Notes under the pieces: generated by a model
The model's database searches: none
Seen by the model: only the letters and a program-made list of their open reading frames with translations
What the model was told of the DNA's origin: nothing
Shown here: positions 1 through 8,344 of the stretch, in pieces
Layout of the letters: each line of letters begins with the position of its first letter
Position numbering within the stretch: position 1 is the stretch's first letter
Virus record (IMG/VR): IMGVR_UViG_3300046514_000858
Coordinates: 29,746 to 93,745 of that record
Strand: one strand, 5' to 3'
DNA length: 64,000 nt
Source: a virus
Made by a program: the position numbers and the translations under genes

Positions 1-80
1 TGCAGGGGCAAGGGTGACGAACCACCGGCCGATGCCGGGTAACAGGCTGATCACTTAGGGGATTTTTGAATCGCTTTTCC

Positions 81-107
81 TGTCATACCCTCCTCGTTCG
101 GTCGTCT
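81..107 (+). promoter_or_regulatory. class I (early, ECF-sigma-like) promoter TGTCAT-N16-CGTCT
   Basis: One of 8 copies with an exact 16-nt spacer and T-rich upstream flank; precedes ORF at 120/132. Confidence 0.75.
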
Positions 108-131
108 CTAATACGGCTGATGAAAGGAGAA

Positions 132-407
132 ATGATGGGTGCCTCGCGACTGGTTCCGGTGATCGTGAAGTTCGTCTGCGCGGGAAACGTGGCTATGACG
201 CCTTCCGCGTGGCAGTCGAAGTACTGCGGCAAGCCCAACGACGCGAATCTGGCCAAGCACATCGACCACCTCTCGAAGTCCTTCTTGCCCGGCGGTGTCA
301 ACGAGCACTGCGGCCCCACCAAGATCGTGTCCGCCGAGGTCATCCGTCAGTCGACCGGTGAGGTGCTGGCGAAGTGGATGATGCCGATGTTCGAGGTGAT
401 CGCGTGA
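132..407 (+). CDS. hypothetical early phage protein
   Basis: AGGAG SD before ATG 132; in-frame ATG at 120. Confidence 0.7.
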   Translation: MMGASRLVPVIVKFVCAGNVAMTPSAWQSKYCGKPNDANLAKHIDHLSKSFLPGGVNEHCGPTKIVSAEVIRQSTGEVLAKWMMPMFEVIA

Positions 408-516
408 GCGCCCCGACCTGCGGATGTCCGGTCGACGCACCCGAGGCCGACTCGACCCAGTACCCGTGTCCCTGCGGGGATCATTGTCAGATTTGTAAGT
501 GAAGTCAGAGGACACT

Positions 517-696
517 ATGAACAGCCTCGACAAGCAGATCGCCGCAGCCGACCGAGTATGGCGCGCACACGGGCAGCGCCTACTCGCTGTAGGCGCGATC
601 TGGACACCCGTCCTGCAGCATCTCTTCGACATGAAGGAATACCTTGAATCCCAGCGTCGACATGCCCGGAAGTCCAAGCGTTCCTGTAAGAGTTGA
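517..696 (+). CDS. hypothetical protein
   Basis: GAGG SD before ATG 517; short ORF. Confidence 0.5.
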   Translation: MNSLDKQIAAADRVWRAHGQRLLAVGAIWTPVLQHLFDMKEYLESQRRHARKSKRSCKS

Positions 697-712
697 CTTC
701 TTTCCGCAACCG

Positions 713-751
713 CCCCCGGGATCGTACCACACACGATTCCGGGGGTTTTTT
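713..751 (+). terminator. intrinsic terminator
   Basis: CCCCCGGGATCGT/ACGATTCCGGGGG stem followed by T6. Confidence 0.75.
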
Positions 752-753
752 AT

Positions 754-780
754 TGTTACGCTCCGCGCGCCGGGTCGTCT
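754..780 (+). promoter_or_regulatory. class I promoter TGTTAC-N16-CGTCT
   Basis: Motif copy; GTG exactly 7 nt downstream (788). Confidence 0.8.
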
Positions 781-805
781 TACTCTCGTGATGAATGGAG
801 GAAAA

Positions 806-1018
806 ATGATCGTGAGCAAGGAAGCCAAGGCCGCCGCGCGCGCCGAGAAGGCGCTGGACAAGCAGATCGAGGCCGAGTACTACAAGCAGGGCTCGGGCGT
901 GATGGTCGACATCATGGACATCGGGAAAATCTTCCGCGACGTCAAGCTGGAGCTCGCCGCGGGGACGCCGTTGCCGACTGCCATTTCGGCAGCTATCGCC
1001 AAGTACCGCAAGAACTAG
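806..1018 (+). CDS. hypothetical early protein
   Basis: GGAGG SD, ATG 806; in-frame GTG/ATG at 788/791. Confidence 0.75.
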   Translation: MIVSKEAKAAARAEKALDKQIEAEYYKQGSGVMVDIMDIGKIFRDVKLELAAGTPLPTAISAAIAKYRKN

Positions 1019-1042
1019 ATTCCGTTTCCCGCGTCACTTTCC

Positions 1043-1069
1043 TGTTACGGCCGATACGGTGGGTCGTCT
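1043..1069 (+). promoter_or_regulatory. class I promoter TGTTAC-N16-CGTCT
   Basis: Motif copy; GTG 7 nt downstream (1077). Confidence 0.8.
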
Positions 1070-1076
1070 TACTTCC

Positions 1077-1175
1077 GTGATGAGAAAGATGATCGCGGCC
1101 CTGCGGGAGTGGTTCTCTGCGGGGCAGGTTGACCCGGCGGAGTTGAAGAAGGTGCTCGACGGGTTCTGGATCTAG
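1077..1175 (+). CDS. small peptide (MMRKMIAALREWF...), not in ORF track
   Basis: Starts at the GTG 7 nt after a class I promoter; 32 codons. Confidence 0.5.
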   Translation: MMRKMIAALREWFSAGQVDPAELKKVLDGFWI

Positions 1176-1191
1176 CGGAAGGGAGACTCGG

Positions 1192-1320
1192 ATGGAGATG
1201 AAGATGTCGGAAGGGGAGCTGCTGGTGATGGCGCTGGGCGGAGATCCGGCGGAAGCGTGGGAGCTGTTCGAGCCCGCCCCGGTGGCCCCCGCCCCGGCTC
1301 TGGTCTTGGTGGAAGCGTAA
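1192..1320 (+). CDS. small hypothetical peptide, not in ORF track
   Basis: GGGAG SD, ATG 1192; stop abuts the SD of the next gene. Confidence 0.5.
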   Translation: MEMKMSEGELLVMALGGDPAEAWELFEPAPVAPAPALVLVEA

Positions 1321-1330
1321 GGAGGATCGG

Positions 1331-2245
1331 ATGGCGAAGAAAGAAGAGAAGCTGACCCCGGGCCTCGACAAGGTGAAGGCATCGCTCGACGCGACCTTCG
1401 CCCGTATCGAGCCCAAGCTGAAGAGCATCCTGCAGGCGGCCTACCGCAAGGACGCGGATCGAGCCTTCGCGGCTCTGATGGAGTACGCGCCGAAGGCCAA
1501 GACGGGAGACCGACTGGGTGAGTACGGTTCCCCGTCGGAAAATTACTACCACTGGACCCAGTACGACAAGGACGCCGCCATGAAGGTGTGGTACGCGTCC
1601 TTCAAACGCACCGCCGACGACTCGGTGCCCGCCGCGGCTTACAAGACGATGCCTCCAGATCACATGCAGTCTTTCGCCGACATCGTGGAATGGGCCAAGT
1701 ACCTCTCGGTCAGCTACCACAACGCTGACAAGCGCGCGAAGGATTCCGTCGAGAACGCGCGGGACTCCTTCGTTCGGAAGAACGTCGCGAAGTTCGGCAA
1801 CGTCCTCGTCGCCTGCGACATCACCACGGTCGACGGTCGCGTCGAGTGGAAGGGTGGATACTTCGAGGGCTTTCTGAAGATCGGCCTGCCGACCGGCCTG
1901 ATCACGGCCGAGGTCTCCCTGAAGTACGTGCTGCGCCGGATCCCCCGGACGACGCCCTACTACCAGTATCCCCTGATCTTCCTCTGCGCCAAGATCGGCG
2001 AGAAGGAAATGAACCGTCCCTCGGAGGCCGAGCTCCGCGAGGCGCTCGGCAACGGCAAAGCCCCGACTCCCGCGGAGGTCTTCGCCGCCAAGGGCTACTG
2101 CCCCGGGTCCGGGAAGGAATCGCACCCGACGTTGAAGGCGTGGGGCCGCGACCGCAAGATTTGCAGCGAGTGCAAGGGCGTGTTCTACGCGAGCCCCACG
2201 TCCGGACTCGTGCGTGCCCACCGCGCCTACGTGAAGAAGAGCTAG
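1331..2245 (+). CDS. hypothetical protein with C-terminal Zn-ribbon
   Basis: GGAGG SD; CPGSG...CSEC...H motif; phage-like codon usage. Confidence 0.75.
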   Translation: MAKKEEKLTPGLDKVKASLDATFARIEPKLKSILQAAYRKDADRAFAALMEYAPKAKTGDRLGEYGSPSENYYHWTQYDKDAAMKVWYASFKRTADDSVPAAAYKTMPPDHMQSFADIVEWAKYLSVSYHNADKRAKDSVENARDSFVRKNVAKFGNVLVACDITTVDGRVEWKGGYFEGFLKIGLPTGLITAEVSLKYVLRRIPRTTPYYQYPLIFLCAKIGEKEMNRPSEAELREALGNGKAPTPAEVFAAKGYCPGSGKESHPTLKAWGRDRKICSECKGVFYASPTSGLVRAHRAYVKKS

Positions 2246-2254
2246 GAGGATTCA

Positions 2255-2527
2255 ATGAGTCGCTACGACGAGAATTCGCCGCGCGCGCTGATCGCCAAGA
2301 TCCGCGAGAGCTACAAGCAAAACTGCGTGATCGACATGCGCGGCTTCTGGATGCCCGCCGACGAGAGCGGCAAAGAGCCGGTGCAGCTCACGGACGAGCA
2401 GAAGCTCGCCGTCGAGACGCGTCTCAAGGACAACTTCCGGATCTGGTGGCAGACGTGGGTCGGCCCGCGGCTCGATATGATCGAAGACCGCGTCGTCAAG
2501 AATCGCAAGCCGATTCCTCCGGCCTAG
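2255..2527 (+). CDS. hypothetical protein
   Basis: GGAGG SD, operonic. Confidence 0.7.
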   Translation: MSRYDENSPRALIAKIRESYKQNCVIDMRGFWMPADESGKEPVQLTDEQKLAVETRLKDNFRIWWQTWVGPRLDMIEDRVVKNRKPIPPA

Positions 2528-2544
2528 TCGCGTTCTTAGATGGT

Positions 2545-2808
2545 ATGAACGTCACAAGGTGGTACAAGACCTTCGCAGCAATCGCCGGGTGGAAGAAGCG
2601 CCGCCTTCATGATCGTGCCGAGTACGTCGGCACCGACTTCCGCTGCTTCGTGGTGAATCACGACGCGCTGGTGAGCTGGTCGCGCAAGTTCAAGTTCGAT
2701 TTCTACATCAGCGACGACAAGGTGTCCATCCACGAGCCCGGACTCATCATCCACGCGGGCTGGATCGTCGCCGTGATCCGCTGGCCGTTCGGCCGTCGCA
2801 TCAGGTAG
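2545..2808 (+). CDS. hypothetical protein (leaderless, class II motif at 2530)
   Basis: GCGTTCTT then 7 nt then ATG. Confidence 0.6.
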   Translation: MNVTRWYKTFAAIAGWKKRRLHDRAEYVGTDFRCFVVNHDALVSWSRKFKFDFYISDDKVSIHEPGLIIHAGWIVAVIRWPFGRRIR

Positions 2809-3334
2809 GCTTGGCCGCGTAGCGTTCCAGCGCCCCGAGGCTGCGCTTGGCGCGCTTCAGTCGCGTGGTGAGAGCCTTGATCTTCCGCTCCAGTCCCTTG
2901 ATCTGCCGCTGGCGCTTCTCGATCTTCTTCGCCCGGATGTCAGCGATCAGCGGAGGAGGGATCGGCGGGAGCTCGGCTTTCTTCAGAGCGCCATTCATCC
3001 AGCCGTTCTTGATTGCCCATGCCCGCAGCTTCCGCTCGATCCGCGCGTGCACTTTCGAGTGGGGCCGCCCTCCGATCTTCTCGGTGTAGTACCAGTGCGA
3101 GAAGAGGTGGATCAGATCACCCCATCCCTTCTCGACGTTGACACGGAACTCGCTTCCGCGCAGCCACGTATAGCGGTTGCCGGAAGTCTCCGTGATCCGG
3201 TAGGGGAATTTGTGGCCGCTGAGATGTCGGTACATCTTCCGGACTGCTCGGGTGGCCTCGTCGAGGGTCAGTGGAGTGACCGGGTCGACCGGCTTGATCA
3301 GGTTCACTTTCTCGTACGCCTGCGCGATGTTCAC
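2801..3334 (-). CDS. hypothetical protein, HxxxH/His-rich with basic coiled-coil tail
   Basis: AGGAGG SD; IHLFSHW...PHSKVH. Confidence 0.7.
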   Translation of the reverse strand: MNIAQAYEKVNLIKPVDPVTPLTLDEATRAVRKMYRHLSGHKFPYRITETSGNRYTWLRGSEFRVNVEKGWGDLIHLFSHWYYTEKIGGRPHSKVHARIERKLRAWAIKNGWMNGALKKAELPPIPPPLIADIRAKKIEKRQRQIKGLERKIKALTTRLKRAKRSLGALERYAAKPT

Positions 3335-3343
3335 GCCGTCCTC

Positions 3344-3664
3344 CTAGAATTTCAACTGGCCGTTGATCTTGTCCCGTAGATTCCTCGCAGCCACGAGCCG
3401 CCCGCGGGAATCGACGTCGTTGTTATCGCTCGCGATATCGATGATGCTTCCGCAAACGGTCTCAGCCAACCACTTCGCATCGCGGTCATTCAACTCCAGC
3501 CACGACCGTGTCTCCTCCGCGCGCGCGAGGCGCGCGTACAGGTGCGTCGCATACCCCAGCGCGCAGGTCTTGTACTGCTCGACGCCCTCGTCTTCGATCC
3601 ATGCTTCGAGGTCGTTCCACACCGCGCGTTCCTGAGCCCGCGTGACTTTCACCCGCACCGTCAT
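3344..3664 (-). CDS. hypothetical protein
   Basis: AAGGAG SD before ATG 3664. Confidence 0.65.
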   Translation of the reverse strand: MTVRVKVTRAQERAVWNDLEAWIEDEGVEQYKTCALGYATHLYARLARAEETRSWLELNDRDAKWLAETVCGSIIDIASDNNDVDSRGRLVAARNLRDKINGQLKF

Positions 3665-3674
3665 ATCTCTCCTT

Positions 3675-3878
3675 CTAGCTCTGGGCCAGAACCGCCAGTC
3701 CGAACACGATGGCCTTGTCGAACGCGTCGTCGTCCAGTTTCTCCAGTTTCTCCCACGACTCCGCACTCACGAGGTACCCGTACTTCGGGATCACGCCCGA
3801 GGTTTTCGCGAAAATCTTGAAGCCCTTCTTGGTTTGCTGGGCTTTGAAATTCGCCGTCTCTTTCACCGCAACGCCCAT
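3675..3878 (-). CDS. hypothetical early protein
   Basis: AAGGAG SD; in-frame GTG at 3908 after a class I promoter. Confidence 0.7.
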   Translation of the reverse strand: MGVAVKETANFKAQQTKKGFKIFAKTSGVIPKYGYLVSAESWEKLEKLDDDAFDKAIVFGLAVLAQS

Positions 3879-3915
3879 GCCGATCTCCTTTCCACACGTA
3901 CCGATCACGTAATAT

Positions 3916-3942
3916 AGACGACCCACCCCGCCGATCATGACA
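3916..3942 (-). promoter_or_regulatory. class I promoter (minus strand) TGTCAT-N16-CGTCT
   Basis: Motif copy, divergent from the copy at 3967. Confidence 0.8.
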
Positions 3943-3966
3943 CGAAATCGCGATTATCATTTTCTT

Positions 3967-3993
3967 TGTTATACCCGCCCGGGTGCGGCGTCT
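3967..3993 (+). promoter_or_regulatory. class I promoter TGTTAT-N16-CGTCT
   Basis: Motif copy; GTG 7 nt downstream (4001). Confidence 0.8.
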
Positions 3994-4000
3994 TACTGTC

Positions 4001-4186
4001 GTGATGAGCGAAGGAGGTCGAGTGAGTGTGAAGCGCGGGCCCGGGAAGAAGAGCTACTGGCTGACCTGCTGGGCGATGAAGGCAAGCGCGGCTGGCATGC
4101 CCATGGAAGAGATCAAAGTGAAGATGGCGGAGATGAAGAAGAAGTCCATCGCCGAGATCATGGCGTGGACGAAGGAGAACTCATGA
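4001..4186 (+). CDS. small hypothetical early protein
   Basis: Leaderless GTG 4001, or SD-led GTG 4022 in the same frame. Confidence 0.65.
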   Translation: MMSEGGRVSVKRGPGKKSYWLTCWAMKASAAGMPMEEIKVKMAEMKKKSIAEIMAWTKENS

Positions 4187-4503
4187 AAGCGAAACTGAAG
4201 CGCCTCCCGGTGTACCGCTCGGCCCTCGGCGATTCCTCGAACGACGGGATCTCCGGGAAGGAATCCCACGTCTATCTGATCGAGCTCGACGGCTTGATCC
4301 CGCCCCAGATCCCGCTAGAGGCCGTCTTCCGCGCCGAACAGCGCGGTCCGAAGTACTTCGCCCTGATTCCCTTCGTGTCGCCCGTCAAGATGTGCGGCCC
4401 GATGTTCGGCGGGAACCTCGCCATGGACGAGGATTCCGGCCGGATCTACAAGATCCACGACCGCTTCGAGACGCCGGAGCTGAATGCACTGTTGAGTTCT
4501 TGA
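4183..4503 (+). CDS. conserved phage hypothetical (GPMFGGN...IHDRFE motif)
   Basis: AAGGAG SD, ATGA overlap; motif recognised from phage early proteins. Confidence 0.7.
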   Translation: MKAKLKRLPVYRSALGDSSNDGISGKESHVYLIELDGLIPPQIPLEAVFRAEQRGPKYFALIPFVSPVKMCGPMFGGNLAMDEDSGRIYKIHDRFETPELNALLSS

Positions 4504-4513
4504 CGCTTTTTCC

Positions 4514-4540
4514 TGTCACGGGCGTCGGGGTCGGGCGTCT
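4514..4540 (+). promoter_or_regulatory. class I promoter TGTCAC-N16-CGTCT
   Basis: Motif copy; GTG 7 nt downstream (4548). Confidence 0.8.
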
Positions 4541-4586
4541 CAGATACGTGGCGATGATGATCGGAAACTGCGGAAAGGAGATCGGT

Positions 4587-4967
4587 ATGAGCGAGCTGAA
4601 TCTGGTGGCCCTGTTCGGGAAGGCCCACGCGGCGGGGAACGCGGCGGCTGCGGCCTTGATCCCGGTTCCCATGATCGTCGCGGAGCACGCGAGTCCGCTG
4701 GATGACGCCTCCCCGGTGGTCCAGAGCTGGCAGGTGGAAGGCGGGGTGTGCGGCTTCGCGTGGGTGACGATCTCCCCCGGGACCTCGAAGGCAGCGCGGT
4801 TCGCGAAGGAGCACTACGGCGCGCGGAAGGGGTACTACGGCGGAATGGAGCTCCGGGTGTCCCAGTTCGGGCAGAGCATGCAGAAGAAGGAAGCCTACGC
4901 CGGAGCGTTCGCCGCGGTCCTGAGCGCCGCGGGGATCACGGCCTACTCCGGTTCTCGGATGGACTAA
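4587..4967 (+). CDS. conserved phage hypothetical (CGFAWV...QS..KKEAYA..FA...SRMD family)
   Basis: AAGGAG SD; widespread phage early-gene motif. Confidence 0.8.
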   Translation: MSELNLVALFGKAHAAGNAAAAALIPVPMIVAEHASPLDDASPVVQSWQVEGGVCGFAWVTISPGTSKAARFAKEHYGARKGYYGGMELRVSQFGQSMQKKEAYAGAFAAVLSAAGITAYSGSRMD

Positions 4968-5003
4968 GCGCATTTCTTCCGAGATCACGCGTTCTTGTCT
5001 GGT

Positions 5004-5465
5004 GTGAAATGTACGCAATGTCCCCGTATCGCGCAATACGATAGGCGACGTTGTCCTAAGTGTTTGGCAACTTCGCGCGCTTGTGCTAGGGCATATTATG
5101 CCGCCAACCCCGAACGTGCTCGTGCTGCGGTTCGAGCCTATCAGGCAACTCACAAGGCGGCGCTGAGACTCTACAACCGAAAGTGGCGCACCAAGAAATG
5201 TCGGGAGTACAATTCTTGGGCGTGCATGATTCAGCGTTGCACAAATTCCAAACACCATGCCTTTCACAACTACGGTGGCCGCGGCATTAAGGTCTGCGCG
5301 CGCTGGCGTAATTCCTTTGAGCACTTTCTCGCCGACATGGGTCCGCGGCCAAGTCCGAAGCATTCCATCGACCGCTTCCCCAACAACGACGGCGACTACG
5401 AGCCCGGCAACTGTCGCTGGGCTACGGCGAGAGAGCAGGCGCGTAATCAACGAGGGCGTGTATGA
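5004..5465 (+). CDS. HNH homing endonuclease
   Basis: W..MIQRC, YGGRGIKVC.RW, F..FLADMG.RP, SIDR..NNDGDYEPGNCRWAT; lower GC; GTG start 7 nt after a class II motif. Confidence 0.9.
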   Translation: MKCTQCPRIAQYDRRRCPKCLATSRACARAYYAANPERARAAVRAYQATHKAALRLYNRKWRTKKCREYNSWACMIQRCTNSKHHAFHNYGGRGIKVCARWRNSFEHFLADMGPRPSPKHSIDRFPNNDGDYEPGNCRWATAREQARNQRGRV

Positions 5466-5728
5466 CCATAAAATTTATCGACGTCGACCAGAAAGCCATC
5501 GCGGATCGGGACCCGAACCCCATCAACATCCGCATCCGGACGCCGATGCCATCTCCCCTCGGAGAGTTCGCGTGCCTGCGCGCGCGCGAGGTATTTATCT
5601 CCGGCCCCAGTGAGATCCGCTACTGCCCGGTTCATCCCCAGCCGTTCGGTGCGCGCGTCTGGGTTCAGACCGATTCACCGATCATGTACAAGTCCAGCGA
5701 ATTATTGGACTGGCAGCGAATCCCGTGA
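5462..5728 (+). CDS. conserved phage hypothetical
   Basis: I.GPSEI.Y.P..P...GARVW motif; overlapping stop/start. Confidence 0.65.
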   Translation: MTIKFIDVDQKAIADRDPNPINIRIRTPMPSPLGEFACLRAREVFISGPSEIRYCPVHPQPFGARVWVQTDSPIMYKSSELLDWQRIP

Positions 5729-6216
5729 ACTCCACGCTGGCCGCCCCGACCCTCGATCTCAAGGTTGAGCCGATCCTGCGACCCGACGGCAAGGCCCGGG
5801 CCTACGCCATCAACGGGCGCATGCACACGCTGATCGACCGGGACAACCAGCGCTATCTCTACCGCCTCGGGCGTTTCATCGTCAAGGTCGGCGTGCAGAG
5901 CAAGATGGAGGCCGCTCGCGCAGCCGGGTCGTGCGCCGGGTCGCCCTACTTCTGGCCGCTCGTCGGCTCGGGCAAGGTGAACGGCCTCAAGTACGACGAC
6001 GTCTGGTGGACCGCGCAGGAGATCCTGCCGTTGAAGCGCGCGATCTACACCTACGACCGGGACGAGTGGTGCGCGGCCTACCATGTGATCCTCGGGGTGG
6101 CCGCCGATCACCACATCTACGATATCGAGCTGGACGAATTCCCGGACGGCCTGATGAGGCCGCACAACTGGACCATTTTCCGGGACACCCCGGTCATCTA
6201 CGACTACGGCATGTAA
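5725..6216 (+). CDS. minimal protein-kinase-like fold protein
   Basis: IVK, then D...RPHNW...VIYDYG resembling the catalytic loop and DFG motif. Confidence 0.5.
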   Translation: MNSTLAAPTLDLKVEPILRPDGKARAYAINGRMHTLIDRDNQRYLYRLGRFIVKVGVQSKMEAARAAGSCAGSPYFWPLVGSGKVNGLKYDDVWWTAQEILPLKRAIYTYDRDEWCAAYHVILGVAADHHIYDIELDEFPDGLMRPHNWTIFRDTPVIYDYGM

Positions 6217-6226
6217 GGAGGACAAC

Positions 6227-6439
6227 ATGGGACAGCAGAAGAAAGACGCGCCCGTTCAGAAAACCCCCAAGAAGGGCAAGAGTGTGCACACGGTGCACTC
6301 CTCGGTGAAGTACGCCATCCGGCACGGCTACACGCCGGGATCGAGCCCGCGTCGCACGGGCAAGCGCTGGAATTCCGGCCGTCGCGAGCGCATGCTCAAC
6401 GCCCCGACGAAATCGGCGGGCCTGCCGAAGGTGCACTGA
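6227..6439 (+). CDS. small basic protein
   Basis: AGGAGG SD; K/R-rich. Confidence 0.6.
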   Translation: MGQQKKDAPVQKTPKKGKSVHTVHSSVKYAIRHGYTPGSSPRRTGKRWNSGRRERMLNAPTKSAGLPKVH

Positions 6440-6452
6440 CCGCCGCTTTTTC

Positions 6453-6479
6453 TGTTACGCCGCGCCTCCATGGTCGTCT
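6453..6479 (+). promoter_or_regulatory. class I promoter TGTTAC-N16-CGTCT
   Basis: Motif copy; GTG 7 nt downstream (6487). Confidence 0.8.
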
Positions 6480-6504
6480 CTATTACGTGATGAATGGAGG
6501 AAGC

Positions 6505-6975
6505 ATGGACGCCAAGGCAGCCGGTCCGATCAAGCAGGTCTGGGAAGGCGCGGTCGGGACGGCCAAGCGCTGTCGCGCGGTTCTAAAAGCCAAGTTCCCC
6601 GGCACCAAGTTCTCGGTCCGCTCCAAGACGTACTCCGGCGGATCCTCGGTTTACATCGACTGGACCGATGGTCCCCTGACGGAAGCTGTCGACAAGCTCG
6701 TGAAACCCTTCGAGGGCGCGTCCTTCGACGGCATGGTCGACCTGATGAGCTACGTCGACGTGGTCGTGGTGGATGAGTCCGGCGAGCTGGTTCAGATCCA
6801 CGGCGCGAACTACATCCTGACCCAGCGTTCCCGCTCGGCTGAGCGCGAGAAGCTGATCGAGGCGGAGCTCCGGCAGTACTGGTGCGAGAAGGAAGCAGAG
6901 GAAGCGATCAAGTTCCACGACTGCCGCCTGTACGCGGAGTCGGAAGCTCGGATGATGAAGGAGGGCAAGCTGTGA
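6505..6975 (+). CDS. LPD29 (large polyvalent protein domain 29) protein
   Basis: LK..FPGTKFSVRS..YSGGSS..I.WTDGP....V......F.G..FDGM.D. Confidence 0.8.
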   Translation: MDAKAAGPIKQVWEGAVGTAKRCRAVLKAKFPGTKFSVRSKTYSGGSSVYIDWTDGPLTEAVDKLVKPFEGASFDGMVDLMSYVDVVVVDESGELVQIHGANYILTQRSRSAEREKLIEAELRQYWCEKEAEEAIKFHDCRLYAESEARMMKEGKL

Positions 6976-7307
6976 TGGATCAAGCGAAGATGGTCGGCGT
7001 GCTGGTGCTGGCTCGGGTCGCCGCGGAGGACTCCGTGCGTCCGTTCTCGGACGGCGGGACCTGCAATATGGATTCCTGCGTGATCGTCGCCCCGCCGGAG
7101 GTGAACATGGCGCTGGCGTGCGCCGCGGCCGGGCTGGGCTCCTACTACCGCGGAGGCAGCAAGAAGCGCGACATGTGGGCCGGGAAGTGGTTTCTGCACG
7201 CGCCCAAGGGCGGGCAGGGCGACGCCCGCACGAAGCAGGCCGAGGCGATGGACAAGGTCATGAAGGAGTACGGCATCGAGTCGACGGTGTACTACCAGAT
7301 GGATTGA
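6975..7307 (+). CDS. conserved phage hypothetical (DGGTCN.D...GQG..RT..AEAM...YYQMD)
   Basis: TGATG coupling; recognisable phage family motif. Confidence 0.75.
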   Translation: MDQAKMVGVLVLARVAAEDSVRPFSDGGTCNMDSCVIVAPPEVNMALACAAAGLGSYYRGGSKKRDMWAGKWFLHAPKGGQGDARTKQAEAMDKVMKEYGIESTVYYQMD

Positions 7308-7323
7308 TGGTCCAAGAGGGTGC

Positions 7324-8073
7324 ATGTTGAAAGCGTCTCGTCCCAGTTCTCCCTTCGACGACCCCTTCCGTAAGGGCAACGCGAACTCCGGCAACCATGG
7401 CCATTCCGGTCGCCCGGGCCAAGTCGGAGGCAGCGCCCCCGGCGGCGGGCAGAACGCGGCGGTCAATCCCGTGATCCGGGCCCAGACCGAGCACGTCATG
7501 GCGCAGGCCCGGGCGATGGACAACAAGATCACGCCTCTGATCGCCATGACCGTCGACACGAGCGGTGGCCAGATGATCGGTCTCGAACATCGCATCAAGA
7601 CCTCGGCCGACCGCATCTCCCAGAAGATCGCCGAGAAGATGGCCACCGAGAATCTCACGCCTGAGCAGGCGCGTAACAACATCTACGACTCCCTCCGCTT
7701 CACGGCATCGTTCAGTCCGGACCAGTACACCGCCGGAGTGGAGAAGCTGTTGTCCAACCTCAAGGCGCAGGGTATCGAAGCAGCCCCGGGCAAGGACAAG
7801 AATTATTGGCCCCCGCCGCCCGGTGTCTACCACGGCCTCAACTACGTGATGACCGACAAGAGCGGCTTCAAGTTCGAGCTCCAGTTCCACACGCCCGAGA
7901 GCTTTGCCATCAAGCAGCAGAACCACACCGTCTACGAAGCATTCCGGAACGCGGGAGGCAGCAAGGAGCAGCGCCTCCAGCTCTGGAACGAGATGAACCA
8001 GCGCTGGGCTGGCGTGACCGTGCCGCCGGGCGTCAAGCGGCTCGGCCGGTCGGTGAATCAGGAACAGGCATGA
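7324..8073 (+). CDS. RelA/SpoT-domain toxin (Apk2/Tas1-like alarmone synthetase) with N-terminal SGNHGHxGRPG virion-protein motif
   Basis: RIKT...I..K, D.LRFT, KNYW, YHGLN, FELQFHT, NH.VYE; late motif GTCCAAG at 7310. Confidence 0.8.
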   Translation: MLKASRPSSPFDDPFRKGNANSGNHGHSGRPGQVGGSAPGGGQNAAVNPVIRAQTEHVMAQARAMDNKITPLIAMTVDTSGGQMIGLEHRIKTSADRISQKIAEKMATENLTPEQARNNIYDSLRFTASFSPDQYTAGVEKLLSNLKAQGIEAAPGKDKNYWPPPPGVYHGLNYVMTDKSGFKFELQFHTPESFAIKQQNHTVYEAFRNAGGSKEQRLQLWNEMNQRWAGVTVPPGVKRLGRSVNQEQA

Positions 8074-8083
8074 GGAGGATGGT

Positions 8084-8314
8084 ATGACGAAGATCCGCTA
8101 CTTCGAGTTGCAGCCCGCCACGGAACCCAAGCCGACCGGGATCCTGCGCCTCACGATCACGGACACCCAGCTCACGCTGGAGCACTACGATCCCAAGTCG
8201 GCCACATGGATCGATGACCCCAAGGCCCTCGACTTCCTCAACGGCGACGACGCCGACGCCGAGGAGATCCCGTCGGGCGAGGCCCTCAAGTTGATCTTGC
8301 AGCTCACCGTCTGA
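8084..8314 (+). CDS. probable immunity protein for the upstream toxin
   Basis: Small acidic ORF directly downstream; Y-F...LR...E.Y....W.DD...EEI...EA pattern. Confidence 0.6.
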   Translation: MTKIRYFELQPATEPKPTGILRLTITDTQLTLEHYDPKSATWIDDPKALDFLNGDDADAEEIPSGEALKLILQLTV

Positions 8315-8344
8315 TTTGTAGCATCTGGCGGCGTTCCTACAAGT

